Numbered from the stretch's first letter, positions 1 through 11,166 are shown. The stretch: DNA of 64,000 nucleotides from Methanocorpusculum sp. (GCA_029987245.1 DALTWG010000001.1:873-64872), one strand, 5' to 3'. Notes: generated from the sequence alone by a model not told the origin. A program made the numbers and translations.

Positions 1-1
1 A

Positions 2-1324
2 TCCGACAAAGGAGGCATGTTAATCGTCGGAACTCCGGGTTCAGGCAAATCCACCTTAGAGCAGAACATTGCAACATACCTTTCCAGCGAAAACTACATT
101 GTAAAAACCATCGAATCCCCGCGCGATCTCATGGTTCCGGACAAAATCACGCAGTATACAGCCCTGGACGGCAGTATTGCCGCAACCGGCGAGGTCCTTA
201 CCCTTCTGCGCCCGGACTACGTGGTTTTCGACGAAATGCGCCGCTCGGAAGAGCTTGCAGTCTACGCGGACCTGCGCCTGTCCGGTATCAAGGTAATCGG
301 CGGTCTGCACGCCAAATCCGCACTTGACGCCCTGATTCGCCTTTCCAGCCTCGTTGACTTAAATCTCATTCCGCAGATTGTTTCAACCATGGTCTTTGTC
401 AAAACAGGCGACATTTCCGAAATCTACAACATCTCCACCGGCTTTGGCGTGCCCAAAGCCCTTGAGCAGCTCGGCGACCCGCAGGTCAGGCCTATTGTAC
501 GCTTAACAAACGTGCTCACCCAGTCGGTTGCAGCCGAGGCCTTCAGATACGAGGGCGAAGTCATGGTCACGCCTGCATCGGGACTTGTCAGAGTCGAGCC
601 GGTGAAAGCCGAGCCGGTAAAACCCGAACCGGTCAGGCAGACGCCGGTAAAACCGGCAGCGCCGGCATATACGCCTGCATACACCCCGGGCCCGGCAAAA
701 GCAGCACCTGCCCCTGCAGCAGCACCCTCCCCCACTCCGGCGCCCGCACCGGTAAAATCCGAACCGGCGGCAGACGAAGTCGAAGAACCGCGCAATGCAT
801 CGCCGATTCACTCCATGCCCACCTACGAGGTCACCGAAGACAATCCGGCCTGGGTTGTGCTTGAAAAGGAAATCCAGAACGAAATGGCGCGCTTTACCGA
901 CGGCGAAATTATTGTGCGCATGATTTCCGACACCAAAGCCGCCGTATACATTGAAGATATCGATGTTCCTGCCGCAATCGGCAAAGCAGGCAAGAATATC
1001 GCCTCCGTTGTCAGCAAAGTCGGCATCGGAATCGATGTTCGCCCGCTATCGGACCATCCGGGGAGGGAGACCCTAAAAGAGGTTCAGGCGCCCCGCAGCG
1101 GTCCGGGAAACCTGAAAATCAGAAGCGAGAAAAAGCAGATTTCCATTATCTGCCCGGAGCACAAGGGAAAAATCGTTGACCTCTTCTCCGGAAAGGAATA
1201 TCTCTTCACCGCCACCGTGGACGAAGCAGGTGAAATCCATCTCGCAAGAAACTCAAGCATCGCATCGGAAATGATAAAAAGATACGGCGCAGGCGAAGAA
1301 CTGAAAATCCGCCCGGTCGACTAA
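2..1324 (+). CDS. PINA-type (PIN/VirB11-like ATPase/KH) protein, 5'-truncated by window edge, with Pro/Ala-rich internal linker
   Basis: Frame is open upstream of ATG 17 to the window edge. Walker [23 protein letters not shown] Walker B, C-terminal KH-like IGKAGKNI. Confidence 0.8.
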   Translation, partial: SDKGGMLIVGTPGSGKSTLEQNIATYLSSENYIVKTIESPRDLMVPDKITQYTALDGSIAATGEVLTLLRPDYVVFDEMRRSEELAVYADLRLSGIKVIGGLHAKSALDALIRLSSLVDLNLIPQIVSTMVFVKTGDISEIYNISTGFGVPKALEQLGDPQVRPIVRLTNVLTQSVAAEAFRYEGEVMVTPASGLVRVEPVKAEPVKPEPVRQTPVKPAAPAYTPAYTPGPAKAAPAPAAAPSPTPAPAPVKSEPAADEVEEPRNASPIHSMPTYEVTEDNPAWVVLEKEIQNEMARFTDGEIIVRMISDTKAAVYIEDIDVPAAIGKAGKNIASVVSKVGIGIDVRPLSDHPGRETLKEVQAPRSGPGNLKIRSEKKQISIICPEHKGKIVDLFSGKEYLFTATVDEAGEIHLARNSSIASEMIKRYGAGEELKIRPVD

Positions 1325-1337
1325 GGTGAAATACAAT

Positions 1338-4133
1338 ATGGCAAAAAATCTCGTAATGAGTGAAATTGAACCGGCAATCCGCGAAGAATGGACACCGGCA
1401 TTTGAATCGAATCCGAACCCGGAAAAAGACAAACTGTACGTAAACGTGGCATTCCCCTACCCTTCGGGCGCAATGCACGTGGGACACGGCAGAACCTATA
1501 TCATTCCTGATGTGGTCGCCCGCTTCTGGAGAATGAGAGGAAAGCAGGTCCTTTTCCCGATGGCATTCCACGTCACCGGCGCGCCTGTTTTAGGTATTGC
1601 AAAGCGTATCGCCAAAAAAGATGAAAAGACGATGAAACTTTACGGCGGGCTTTACCGCGTGCCGGAGGCGACGCTGGAAAAGTTCACCGACCCGATTGTC
1701 ATTGTCAATTATTTCGCCGACGAATATCAGCGCGTCATGAAGCAGCTCGGTTTATCTATCGACTGGAGACGCCGCTTTATCACCATCGACCCGCAGTACT
1801 CCAAATTCATCGAATGGCAGTACTCCCACATTTATGCGCAGGGAAAAGTCCAGAAAGGCGAGTATCCGGTAAGATACTGCCCGAACTGCGACCAGCCGGT
1901 AGGTGACCACGACCTTCTGGAAGGCGATTCCGCTGAAATCATGCACTATGTATTCATCAAGTTCGCTTTCGGCGAGTACATTATTCCGTGCGCAACGCTG
2001 AGGCCTGAAACCATCTTCGGTGTCACGAACCTCTGGGCAAACCCTGATGTCGAATACATAAAAGCCGAGGTCGACGGCGAAAAATGGATTATCTCCTCCG
2101 AATCTGCCAAAAAACTTGCGATGCAAAAGCATGAGGTAAAAGAGCTCGGCAAAATCAGGGGAAGCGAACTGGTCGACCAGTACGCAAAGAACCCCTATAC
2201 CGGCGCCGATGTGCAGATTCTGCCCGCATCCTTCGTAGATCCCGATATGGCATCCGGCCTTGTCATGTCGGTTCCCGCCCACGCGCCGTTTGACTACATC
2301 GCACTGCGCGACCTGCAGGAAAAGGGCAAATACACCGATATTAAGCCAATATCTTTAGTCAGCACCCCGGGTTACGGCGAAATTCCTGCTAAAGACATTG
2401 TGGAAAAATACAAGATTCCAAATCAGGATGACCCCCGCATGGATGAACTCACGCAGGAACTCTACACCGCGGAGTTCTCCAAGGGCAAATTAAACGACCG
2501 CTGCGGCGAACACGCCGGAAAAGCCGTCCGCCAGGCCCGCGAGGATGTAACTAAAGAGTTCGTCGAAAAGCGCGGCTCGATAATGTACCATGAGATGAGC
2601 GCAAAGCGCGTAATCTGCAGATGCGGCAACCGTGTTTACGTCAGAATCCTCGACGACCAGTGGTTTATCAACTACGGCGACCAGGAGTGGAAGAAACAGA
2701 TTCACGAGGTCATGCCAAATGTATCTCTTGTTCCGCCTGAGGTCAGAGCGGAATTTGAGAGAACCATCGACTGGCTCAAAGAGTGGCCCTGTTCCCGCCG
2801 CGTAGGTCTTGGAACCCATGTGCCGTGGGACAACAAGTGGCTCTTTGAGCCGCTTTCGGATTCGACCATCTACATGGCGTACTACACGGTTTCCTACAAG
2901 CTGAAGGCAATTGCACCGGAAAAACTCACGCCTGCGGTCTTTGACTACATCTTCCTTGGAAAAGGAAACCCTGCAGAACTTCCGGTGGATGAGGCAACGG
3001 TGAAAGACCTGCGCGCCGAATTCCTCTACTGGTATCCGTATGACTACCGGTTCAGTGCAAAGGACCTGATTTCCAACCACCTTACCTTCCAGATGTTCCA
3101 CCACCGGGCAATTTTCCCGGACGAGCTGCAGCCGAAGGGAATGGTTGTTTTCGGCATGGGTCTCTTGAACGGTATGAAAATGTCTTCTTCCAAAGGAAAT
3201 GTCTTCCTGCTCGAGGACGCGGCAAATGAGTTCGGTGCGGATACGGTGCGTATGTTCCTTGTTGGCAGCGCCGAGCCGTGGCAGGACTTTGACTGGAGAA
3301 ACGAGCTTGTTCTCTCGGTCAAAAAGCAGATTGAGCGCATGTGGGGTCTTGTCCTCGACGCTGAAAATGCGACCGGCGAGACGCCGATTGACGCATGGCT
3401 TGTCTCGCGCATGCAGAGAAGAATTTCTGCAACAACCAAGTGTCTTGAAAACTTCCAGACGCGCCAGGCGCTTCAGGAGGCATACAACGGTGTGGTCTCC
3501 GACCTTGCCTGGTACCGGCGCCGGCTTTCAGGCGCGGCGCCCGGTGCGGTCTTAAAGGAAATCATGTCCCAGTGGATTCGGCTTCTGGCGCCGGTTATTC
3601 CTTACACCGCCGAGGCTCTCTGGAAGGAGACGGGCCACGAAGGTCTTGTTTCCTTTGCGCCCTGGCCGGCCTGCGGCCGTTCGAAGCTGAACAAGTCGGT
3701 CGAAATCTCCGAGGAGCTTCTGCAGAGAACCTTGGAAGACATCCAGTCTATCCTGAAGCTGGTCCAGATTCAGGCAAAGAAGATTACGCTCTTTGTTGCG
3801 CCGGAGTGGAAGAAGGAGGTCTTCAGGCTTGTTGCAACGGCTGAAGACAAGCGCACAGTTATGAAATCTGTAATGGCGGTGCCGGAGCTGCGCGCCAAAG
3901 GCAAGGATGCAACCGATGCCACCCAGGCAACGATTAAACTGGTGCACTCGCTTTCCCCGGAGCTTGCAGCAGCTATTGCGGAAGGCATCGATGAGGTGCC
4001 TGTCTTCAATGAGGCAATTGATTTCATCAGAAAGGAATTCAACCTGGATGTGGAGATTGTCTCTGCCGAGGGAAGCGCTCATCCGAAGGCGCGTTCCGCT
4101 CTGCCGTTTAAACCGGCGATTGTGGTTGAGTAA
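1338..4133 (+). CDS. leuS: Leucine--tRNA ligase, archaeal type
   Basis: [11 protein letters not shown] (HIGH-like), KMSSS, editing-domain ATLRPET and VPAHAPFDY. Start could be 1326, 1338 or 1356. Confidence 0.97.
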   Translation: MAKNLVMSEIEPAIREEWTPAFESNPNPEKDKLYVNVAFPYPSGAMHVGHGRTYIIPDVVARFWRMRGKQVLFPMAFHVTGAPVLGIAKRIAKKDEKTMKLYGGLYRVPEATLEKFTDPIVIVNYFADEYQRVMKQLGLSIDWRRRFITIDPQYSKFIEWQYSHIYAQGKVQKGEYPVRYCPNCDQPVGDHDLLEGDSAEIMHYVFIKFAFGEYIIPCATLRPETIFGVTNLWANPDVEYIKAEVDGEKWIISSESAKKLAMQKHEVKELGKIRGSELVDQYAKNPYTGADVQILPASFVDPDMASGLVMSVPAHAPFDYIALRDLQEKGKYTDIKPISLVSTPGYGEIPAKDIVEKYKIPNQDDPRMDELTQELYTAEFSKGKLNDRCGEHAGKAVRQAREDVTKEFVEKRGSIMYHEMSAKRVICRCGNRVYVRILDDQWFINYGDQEWKKQIHEVMPNVSLVPPEVRAEFERTIDWLKEWPCSRRVGLGTHVPWDNKWLFEPLSDSTIYMAYYTVSYKLKAIAPEKLTPAVFDYIFLGKGNPAELPVDEATVKDLRAEFLYWYPYDYRFSAKDLISNHLTFQMFHHRAIFPDELQPKGMVVFGMGLLNGMKMSSSKGNVFLLEDAANEFGADTVRMFLVGSAEPWQDFDWRNELVLSVKKQIERMWGLVLDAENATGETPIDAWLVSRMQRRISATTKCLENFQTRQALQEAYNGVVSDLAWYRRRLSGAAPGAVLKEIMSQWIRLLAPVIPYTAEALWKETGHEGLVSFAPWPACGRSKLNKSVEISEELLQRTLEDIQSILKLVQIQAKKITLFVAPEWKKEVFRLVATAEDKRTVMKSVMAVPELRAKGKDATDATQATIKLVHSLSPELAAAIAEGIDEVPVFNEAIDFIRKEFNLDVEIVSAEGSAHPKARSALPFKPAIVVE

Positions 4134-4206
4134 AGCCGGAAGGGTTCAACCACATCTGTTTTTTTTAAATTGTTATATTTCCAAAAAAGAAAAGAGCCCG
4201 CCCTCT

Positions 4207-5049
4207 TTACGAAAAGGCGATATTTTTGATATTGCGCAGCTCGGTGGACGCCTCGCGAAGCCCGCTTACCAAAAGCGGGAAATTTGTCGCAATTAATGAA
4301 ATCATGCCCGCGGCAAAGCCCGCATTGCCTTTCTTATGCGTAACGAACCGCTTCACTAAAAGAACCAGCAGTCCGGCAAAAAACGCCGAGGTGACCAGTG
4401 CAAGCATAAGCTGGGCAAGATGCTTTACCGGACCGTTAATTACCGCAGGGATAGAATCCTCGTACTCCATCGCCTTTTGCGGGTCGCGGGTAACATACGA
4501 GGCGCCTGCAATAAGATACGGAGAAACTGTGTCTGCAAGCGAGGAATAAATGCCGTTGTCGCCGAAAATAAAATCTGTAATCCGGCGCTGCCCGGTAACT
4601 AAATCGATTAATGTTTTCAGGGCGGAAACATTGCCTTCCTTTTCAGGCTCGGCGGAATAGACCGAATGCAAAACCACAGGAAGCTCTGACGCAGAAATTT
4701 TTGCATCCGGCATGGACACCTCCATTTCCGGCGCATACGCCGCAAATGCGGCATTGAAATCGGGCATCAGCTCAGCCTCCTCTGCCACACGCCGCAGAAT
4801 TTTTACCGGCATGCTGTCGCACTTTTCAAGCGTCTCTTTCGGGATGCCGGAACTTAAGTTAATGCCCGCACGGCTTAACTCATCTGCTGCATCATGCAGT
4901 TTTTCCGCGGCGTTTTCCGTGTTTCCGCCCGAATAAAGTGATTCCGCCTCACGAATCAGCTCTTCTGCATAATTCAGATGCTGTTCTATCTCTTCGTCCA
5001 CAGTCATTGTACTTACTATTTGTCCTGCTTGTTGATAAACAAGTTGCAT
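4207..5049 (-). CDS. Hypothetical protein with C-terminal transmembrane segments
   Basis: 280-aa ORF, helical acidic N-half, hydrophobic LMLALVTSAFFAGLLVLLV. No recognisable family. Confidence 0.55.
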   Translation of the reverse strand: MQLVYQQAGQIVSTMTVDEEIEQHLNYAEELIREAESLYSGGNTENAAEKLHDAADELSRAGINLSSGIPKETLEKCDSMPVKILRRVAEEAELMPDFNAAFAAYAPEMEVSMPDAKISASELPVVLHSVYSAEPEKEGNVSALKTLIDLVTGQRRITDFIFGDNGIYSSLADTVSPYLIAGASYVTRDPQKAMEYEDSIPAVINGPVKHLAQLMLALVTSAFFAGLLVLLVKRFVTHKKGNAGFAAGMISLIATNFPLLVSGLREASTELRNIKNIAFS

Positions 5050-5285
5050 GACACCTGAAAAAATCGAGCGGACACAGAATGAATACAGGGTGGATTAACA
5101 GGTAAAACACAATGATAATAGATAATAATAGAAAACAGGCGTTCGAATGCGTTACATATTTTTTGAGTACGACCCTAACAGACTAATCACGTTTCTCGGC
5201 AGTTCACCTCCGTAAACTGTCTTAATTAATAATTGCTGTATGACAATATATAGTTGCCGGTCATCTGCCGGAAAAAAGGGTGATT

Positions 5286-5630
5286 TTATTCGGATTTTTC
5301 CGCTGCCTTCTTAGCGCGCTTAACGCGCTCCTTGGTTGTGAAGCAGGTGGTGAGGTCAAGGAACTGACGGAATTTTTTGTTGGTGTCAAGAATAATTTTG
5401 TCTGCCTGCGCATCCGGCAGGGAAAGAACAGTGCTGTCGGTTTGGGTATCGACCATCAGGGATTTGTTTTTGTCGCCGCACCAGACTTCAAGTTTTTTCA
5501 TGCTGCCGTAGCAGATTGTCCAGTGTCCGTCTTTTATATCCGGCTTGACGCCGAAGATGTCGGCAAATCCGGCGTTGATACGGTCTTCAAGTTCTTTGGT
5601 GGTGCCGCGTTTTACTTCGTATTCCTGCAT
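5286..5630 (-). CDS. Conserved small archaeal protein (DUF5611-like)
   Basis: MQEYEVKRG start and C-terminal FLDLTTCFTTKERVKRAKK resemble this euryarchaeal family. Confidence 0.7.
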   Translation of the reverse strand: MQEYEVKRGTTKELEDRINAGFADIFGVKPDIKDGHWTICYGSMKKLEVWCGDKNKSLMVDTQTDSTVLSLPDAQADKIILDTNKKFRQFLDLTTCFTTKERVKRAKKAAEKSE

Positions 5631-5748
5631 ATGCATATAGATTTGCTATCTGAGATTAATTATTTGTCGACGGGCGGGGAAGGCTTTGGGCGCAAACATC
5701 CGCAGAGTTTATCTCTTAGTAAAGCATATAGTATAGAGCACCTTTTAG

Positions 5749-5823
5749 GGGCTTGTGGCTTAGCCAGGATATAGCGTCGGGCTTCTAACCCGAATGCCGG
5801 GGGTTCGAATCCCTCCAGGCCCG
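5749..5823 (+). tRNA. tRNA-Arg(UCU)
   Basis: Acceptor GGGCTTG/CAGGCCC, anticodon arm TCGGG-CT-TCT-AA-CCCGA, T-loop GGTTCGAATCC. Confidence 0.95.
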
Positions 5824-6048
5824 TTTCTTTTGTTATTTCTCTTGTTTCCGGTTCGCGCGCTCAATTATATTTTGATACAAATCCGGGATGTATAGGGGAC
5901 CTGGCTGTAAAACTGTATCCAAGTCCCCCACACATTCTTCTCCAAAATTTTCGCCCCATTGAACCTAGGGAAACGGAATTCTAAGCATTCCGCTGAAAAA
6001 CGTATGTGGGAAATGTCCCCCCACACACACATCCAAAAAACAGCACCC

Positions 6049-6528
6049 TTATTTGTGATACGGCTCGCCGGATAAAATCCTGTAGCCACGATAGACCTGC
6101 TCGAATAAAATCAGCCGGCACATGGTATGAGTAAACGTCATCCTTGAAAAAGAAATCCGCTTGTCCGCCGCCGAAATCACCTCTTCAGACAAGCCAAGCG
6201 GCCCGCCAATGACAAAAGCAATCCCCGCCCGGCCCGCAATCTGCGCATCGCCGATGCATTTTGCAAACTCTTCACTGGAAACAGGTGTCCCGCGCGGGTC
6301 CAGCACCGCAAACAGAAATCCGGATTTGCGGGCCGCAAGAATCGCTTCGCCCTCTTTTTTCTTTACGGCGGCCTCATCTGCATCGCCTGCTCTTTCAGGA
6401 ATGCGCACCTCGGCAAGTTCCGTCACAAACACCTTCGCATACGGGCGCAGACGCTTATCAAACTCCGCAATGCCTTCTGCTATCCACGCATCCTTGATTT
6501 TGCCGACGCACAGAATCTGAATCTGCAT
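6049..6528 (-). CDS. rlmH: 23S rRNA pseudouridine1915 N3-methyltransferase (SPOUT)
   Basis: ILCVGKIKD, FVIGGPLGLS, SFSRMTFTH, LFEQVYRG, GEPYHK terminus. Confidence 0.92.
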   Translation of the reverse strand: MQIQILCVGKIKDAWIAEGIAEFDKRLRPYAKVFVTELAEVRIPERAGDADEAAVKKKEGEAILAARKSGFLFAVLDPRGTPVSSEEFAKCIGDAQIAGRAGIAFVIGGPLGLSEEVISAADKRISFSRMTFTHTMCRLILFEQVYRGYRILSGEPYHK

Positions 6529-9500
6529 CAGAAAACAAATCCGTTTATCGCATGGTCGCCGTGACGGTCATGTGTTGACGGCTCCTCGCCAAACGACTCC
6601 GGATCGAAACTGTCCGCGTCTTCATACTTCTTCGCCGCAGGAGTCTCTTCCTTTTCCCCGTCATTTTTGGAAAAGAGCCCTTCGGGCTCGCTTTCTTCGG
6701 CGGCCGCATTTTCAAGCTCGTCAATCTTTTTAAAGCAGGCAATCGCCTGCTTTAAGTCACCGGAACCTTCCATTGCCTTTGCCTTGAGATGCCAGGCGGC
6801 AGCATGCTCCGGCTTCTTTTCAATGACCTTGTCCGCCGAACGGTTCGCAAGGTCAAAGCGGCACATCTGCAGCTGGACAAGACCGCGGCAGTAGTCAAGG
6901 TCAATATCCGTGCATCCGAGCGCATCCGCGCGGTCAAAGAACTGATGCGCCTCGTTTGGATGGCCCGTTGCAAGATGCATGAAGCCGAGACCGGAGAGGA
7001 CATACGGATTTTTCGGGTCGGCCTGCGCAGCCTGCGTAAATTCGGCAAGCGTTGCCTTCGGGTCGCCGACTTTAAGCGAACAAAGCGCCTTTTCCAGATA
7101 GGCAAGGCTGTTGCGCGGATATGTCTCAACAACTTTGCCAAAGTAGCGGATTGCCTCCGGATAGCGGCCGAGACGCGACATCATATCGGCATAGCCGAAG
7201 AGCGCATCGGCATTTTCGGGCTCTTTTAAGGTAATTTCCGCATACTCGCGCAGCGCGTCTTCCGTCCGCCCGGAATTTGCAAGCGCACGCGCATACATGG
7301 TGCGCATGGCAAGATCGTCCGGGCGCTTTGCAAGCACTTCGGCGCAGGTCGCAGCCGATGCCGCGTAATCGCCGAGATAACTCTGTGCCTCGGCTTTGCG
7401 CCGCAGGGTTACTACATCATCCGGATTTACTTCAAGAAGCAGACCGTATCCCGCAAGCGCCTCCTCGTAATCGCCTTTTAAGATGTAAATGTCGGTGGAT
7501 TTGCGGATGATGTCGGTATTCACCGGCTCAATGTCAAGATACCGGCCGTAGACGGTTAAAACATCGTCGTACTTCTGCATCTGGAGATAGACGTTTGCAA
7601 GAGAAAGCATCGCCTTGGTGTTTTCCGGCTCCAGTTCGATGATTCTGCTGTAGGTCTTTGCCGCTTCGGCAAACCGGGCGGTGTTTTCCGATGCCGCACC
7701 TTTGATAAACAGAGCGCGGACGTTATCTTCCTCACTGTTTAAGATAATGCCGGCGCACTGGAGGGCCTCGTCATAGGCGCCTTTGTCAAGGTCGGCCTGT
7801 CCCAAAAGAAGCAGCACTTCGGTGCTGTCCGGACGGATTTTCTGCGCCGTCTGGTAATAAGCGGCCGCATCTTCAAGGCGGTCGACCGCGGCACAGGCTT
7901 TTCCGCCGGTCAGGGCGACGTCAAAGGATGAGTCGCCGTTTGCGGCTGCAACTCCCGCCGCATCGGCCGCAACGCCGAATTCGCCGAGGTCAAAGGCAAG
8001 TTTTTCGGTGGCGGCAGCGGCGCCGGGTGTCTGCGGCGCGGTGTTTACAACGTTGAGGTAGACTGAAAGCGCCTGGCGTTTGTCGCCGGCGTTTTCGAGT
8101 GTGCGGGCTAAAGGAAGCAGGACCGCGGCCGAGCCAGGCAAAAGCTCGGCGGCTTTTGCATAAGCCTGCGCCGCGTCAGGGTATTCGCCCTGCATTTCAA
8201 GGGCGGCGCCAAGCCCCATCCAGCATTCGGGTACCTGCGGGATAATGGAGGCAGCCTCGCGGTAGTGGGCGGCGGCTTCGTCGTATTTAGCGGCAGATGC
8301 CGCGGCCGCGGCCGCTGCAAGCGTTAAGCTGATGTCGGCCGGCATTGCGCCGCCCAATAGGGATTCAGCCGCCTCTTTTGCACGGTCGAATTCGCAGTTT
8401 GCCATCGAGGATTTGACGCTTTGGACCTGGGCCCGCGCATTTTCCGGCTCAAGCTCGAGGAGTTTTTTCCAGGCGGCATCGGCTTCGCTGTACTGGCCCA
8501 AGGCCGTGCGCGCTTCGGCGAGTTCCAGAAGGGCCGCGGCGTTTTCTGGGTCGGCGTCCAAAACACGCGCCGCCGAGTCTGCCGCGGGAGCGAACCGGCC
8601 CAGGCCCGCCATGGCGCGGGCATGCACCATTTCCAAATCCATGCGCTCTGGTGCATTGTCAAGGACCGCACGCGCCGATTTGTCTGCATCGGCAAACCGC
8701 CCGAGGGCGAGATATGCCTGGGCCTGCAGCGCTTCAAGCGGCTCGTTAATCGCGCCGATTTCAAGCGGTTTGTCCGCTTTGGGCGTTTCCGCATCGAAAA
8801 GGTCAAAGTCGCCCTCGTCGGTAAACCACTTCATTTTTGCCGGCGCGGCGCCGTTGGCGCGGGAGTACTGTTTCAGACTTTTTATCGTGTCGGCATAGCG
8901 TCCGAGTTGATACTCGGCACATCCTTTCATATACCAGACCGAGGAGGCTGTCGCGCCTTTCAGATACTGAACAGCGTTTACCGAGCCGGCAAGGTGCATG
9001 TATTCATCAAAGCACTCCACCGCGCGCTTAAGCGAGCCGTTCAGATAGGAAATACTTCCAAGCGCGTACCAGAGTTCCGGCGAGGCATAGCCTTTGGCGA
9101 TTAGTTTTTCCAGCTGGACGGCCGCCTCGCGCCCTTCGCCGCTCCACAAAAGACAGAAGGCGCGGCGCATGACAACCGTCGGGTCATCGGTATTCGAAGA
9201 GGCGAACTGGACCATGTTGTAGGCTGTGGCTGCCTCCTTGAAGTTGCAGCGGGATTCTTCGATGACAGCGCGGCGGTACCAGCCTGTTGCATCGTCTTCA
9301 GAAAGCCCGCAGTAGCATTGTACGGCTGCATCTGCATCGCCGGTCATTTCGGCGCAGAATCCTGCGTTTGCAAGATATACGGATTTATTTTTCTCGTCTT
9401 CTGCGGCAAGTTCGTCATAGAGTTTTTTGGCATCGCTATAGGAGCCGCTTCTCATTAAAAGGCCGGCGTACTGGACTTTATACTGGATGTTTTCAGGGAA

Positions 9501-9932
9501 GATGGAGATTAAATGTTCGGCAACAGAGGCCGCTTCTTTGTATTTGCCGCATCTGGTAAGCCATTCGCATTTGCGCTCCTTAAGATAGGCTTCGGAGTCG
9601 GGAAGAATTACATGGCTTACGGCTGCGGCTGCTTCTTCGTATTTGCCGGCGTCACCGAGCAGAAGAGACAGATTCATCCATCCTGCGGGGTTTTCGGGGT
9701 CGAGTTCAACGACTTTGGTATATGCTTCGGCCGCACGGCCAAAGTTTTGCACCATGCGCAGGCAGCTGCCGAGGTTGAGCCAGGATATGACGTTGTTTGG
9801 CTCGGTTTCAACGGCTTTGGTGTAGTGCGAGACTGCTTCATGGTAGAGTCCTTTTTCATAGGCGGCTTCCGCCTTGGGCACCCACGGGTTCTGCTGCTTG
9901 TCTGCTTTATTGAATAATCCTGCTAAGTCCAT
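6528..9932 (-). CDS. Large TPR-repeat protein with acidic C-terminal tail
   Basis: 1134 aa of recurring TPR-like 34-aa units (e.g. AAEAYTKVVELDPENPAGWMNL). Stop overlaps the rlmH start. Confidence 0.88.
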   Translation of the reverse strand: MDLAGLFNKADKQQNPWVPKAEAAYEKGLYHEAVSHYTKAVETEPNNVISWLNLGSCLRMVQNFGRAAEAYTKVVELDPENPAGWMNLSLLLGDAGKYEEAAAAVSHVILPDSEAYLKERKCEWLTRCGKYKEAASVAEHLISIFPENIQYKVQYAGLLMRSGSYSDAKKLYDELAAEDEKNKSVYLANAGFCAEMTGDADAAVQCYCGLSEDDATGWYRRAVIEESRCNFKEAATAYNMVQFASSNTDDPTVVMRRAFCLLWSGEGREAAVQLEKLIAKGYASPELWYALGSISYLNGSLKRAVECFDEYMHLAGSVNAVQYLKGATASSVWYMKGCAEYQLGRYADTIKSLKQYSRANGAAPAKMKWFTDEGDFDLFDAETPKADKPLEIGAINEPLEALQAQAYLALGRFADADKSARAVLDNAPERMDLEMVHARAMAGLGRFAPAADSAARVLDADPENAAALLELAEARTALGQYSEADAAWKKLLELEPENARAQVQSVKSSMANCEFDRAKEAAESLLGGAMPADISLTLAAAAAAASAAKYDEAAAHYREAASIIPQVPECWMGLGAALEMQGEYPDAAQAYAKAAELLPGSAAVLLPLARTLENAGDKRQALSVYLNVVNTAPQTPGAAAATEKLAFDLGEFGVAADAAGVAAANGDSSFDVALTGGKACAAVDRLEDAAAYYQTAQKIRPDSTEVLLLLGQADLDKGAYDEALQCAGIILNSEEDNVRALFIKGAASENTARFAEAAKTYSRIIELEPENTKAMLSLANVYLQMQKYDDVLTVYGRYLDIEPVNTDIIRKSTDIYILKGDYEEALAGYGLLLEVNPDDVVTLRRKAEAQSYLGDYAASAATCAEVLAKRPDDLAMRTMYARALANSGRTEDALREYAEITLKEPENADALFGYADMMSRLGRYPEAIRYFGKVVETYPRNSLAYLEKALCSLKVGDPKATLAEFTQAAQADPKNPYVLSGLGFMHLATGHPNEAHQFFDRADALGCTDIDLDYCRGLVQLQMCRFDLANRSADKVIEKKPEHAAAWHLKAKAMEGSGDLKQAIACFKKIDELENAAAEESEPEGLFSKNDGEKEETPAAKKYEDADSFDPESFGEEPSTHDRHGDHAINGFVF

Positions 9933-10104
9933 TTCTTCTCCTGATTATAGATGATATATGTATAGTTGTATGAGTATAAAATCTTCTCTCTATGAGTGAG
10001 CGAAGGGATACGGATGAACGAAAGAGATACAAATGAAAACAGAGCTGATTCTTATGCCCCGATACTCTCTCTTAAATACCCTGCGCGACAAATACATAAT
10101 CATC

Positions 10105-11034
10105 ATGAGTGAACCAAACCCGCAGGATCTTCCCTATGATGCAGAAACGCTGCGCCGCATAAATGAACATCCGTGCTACAGTCTGAAGGCAAAACACACC
10201 TTCGGCCGCTGTCACGTTGCTGTTGCGCCGAAATGCAATATTCAGTGCAACTACTGTGTGCGTGATTTTGACTGCGTAAACGAGTCGCGCCCCGGTGTCA
10301 CGAGCATTGTCCTTACGCCGGACATGGCTATGGAGCGCATTGATGAAGTCGTTGACAAGATGAAGCACATTAAAGTAGTCGGTATTGCAGGGCCGGGCGA
10401 CCCGCTTGCAAATCCGCAAACCTTTGAGACGCTGAGACTGGTGCATGAAAAGTATCCGGATACGATTCTGTGCATCAGCACAAACGGTCTTCTTCTGCCG
10501 GACAAAATCGATGAACTGACAAAATACGATGTCAGAAATCTGACGGTGACGTTAAATGCAGTCGATCCGGCGATTGGTGAGAAAATTTATTCGTTCATCG
10601 AGTATGAGGGCAAAAAATATCACGGGCGAGAGGCGGCGGAGATTCTGCTCGACCATCAGATGCGTGGCATCCGCGAGGCGGTGAAGCGCAAGATGCTGGT
10701 TAAAATCAATACGGTTTATGTCCCGGGCGTAAATGACGAGCATATTCCGGAGATTGCAAAGGTTGTGGGCGAAATCGGTGTCTTCAATTTCAATATCATT
10801 CCACTGATTCCGCAGTACAAGTTCAAGGATATTGTGCCGCCGACGGCTGAGGAGAAGGCGAAGATGCATGAGCGCTGTGCGCCGTTTGTGCGGCAGATGC
10901 GGCATTGTCAGCGGTGCCGCGCGGATGCGGTAGGTCTGCTGGGTAAGGATGTGCAAAGCGGGTTTGACTGCGGCTGCTGCGGCAAGGGCGACGGTTCGGG
11001 CGGCAAGTGCGGGCTGGGAAAGAAAGGGGAATGA
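10105..11034 (+). CDS. nifB: NifB-type radical SAM protein (stand-alone, no NifX domain)
   Basis: HPC, VAPKCNIQCNYC (CxxxCxxC), ESRPG, AGPGDPLAN, TNG, QMRHCQRCRADAVG. The ORF track starts at 10033. Confidence 0.92.
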   Translation: MSEPNPQDLPYDAETLRRINEHPCYSLKAKHTFGRCHVAVAPKCNIQCNYCVRDFDCVNESRPGVTSIVLTPDMAMERIDEVVDKMKHIKVVGIAGPGDPLANPQTFETLRLVHEKYPDTILCISTNGLLLPDKIDELTKYDVRNLTVTLNAVDPAIGEKIYSFIEYEGKKYHGREAAEILLDHQMRGIREAVKRKMLVKINTVYVPGVNDEHIPEIAKVVGEIGVFNFNIIPLIPQYKFKDIVPPTAEEKAKMHERCAPFVRQMRHCQRCRADAVGLLGKDVQSGFDCGCCGKGDGSGGKCGLGKKGE

Positions 11035-11048
11035 AATACTTTTTTGCT

Positions 11049-11085
11049 ACTGGAGAAAACTGATTCTCAATCAGTTTTCTCCAGT
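11049..11085. terminator. Perfect 17-bp inverted repeat (hairpin) downstream of nifB
   Basis: ACTGGAGAAAACTGATT-CTC-AATCAGTTTTCTCCAGT followed by a T-rich tract. Terminator role is inferred. Confidence 0.55.
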
Positions 11086-11166
11086 GGTATTTTTGCGTAA
11101 GCCTGCGCCACCGCAATAAAACCCGCAGAGATATCTTTTAAAAACACCAACACTATTGCAAAGAAA

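Noticed and set aside
6049..6066. rlmH 3' end resembles the SCCmec integration sequence (GAGCCGTATCACAAATAA)
   Set aside because: Explained by the conserved EPYHK* coding. No duplicated att copy or recombinase is visible.
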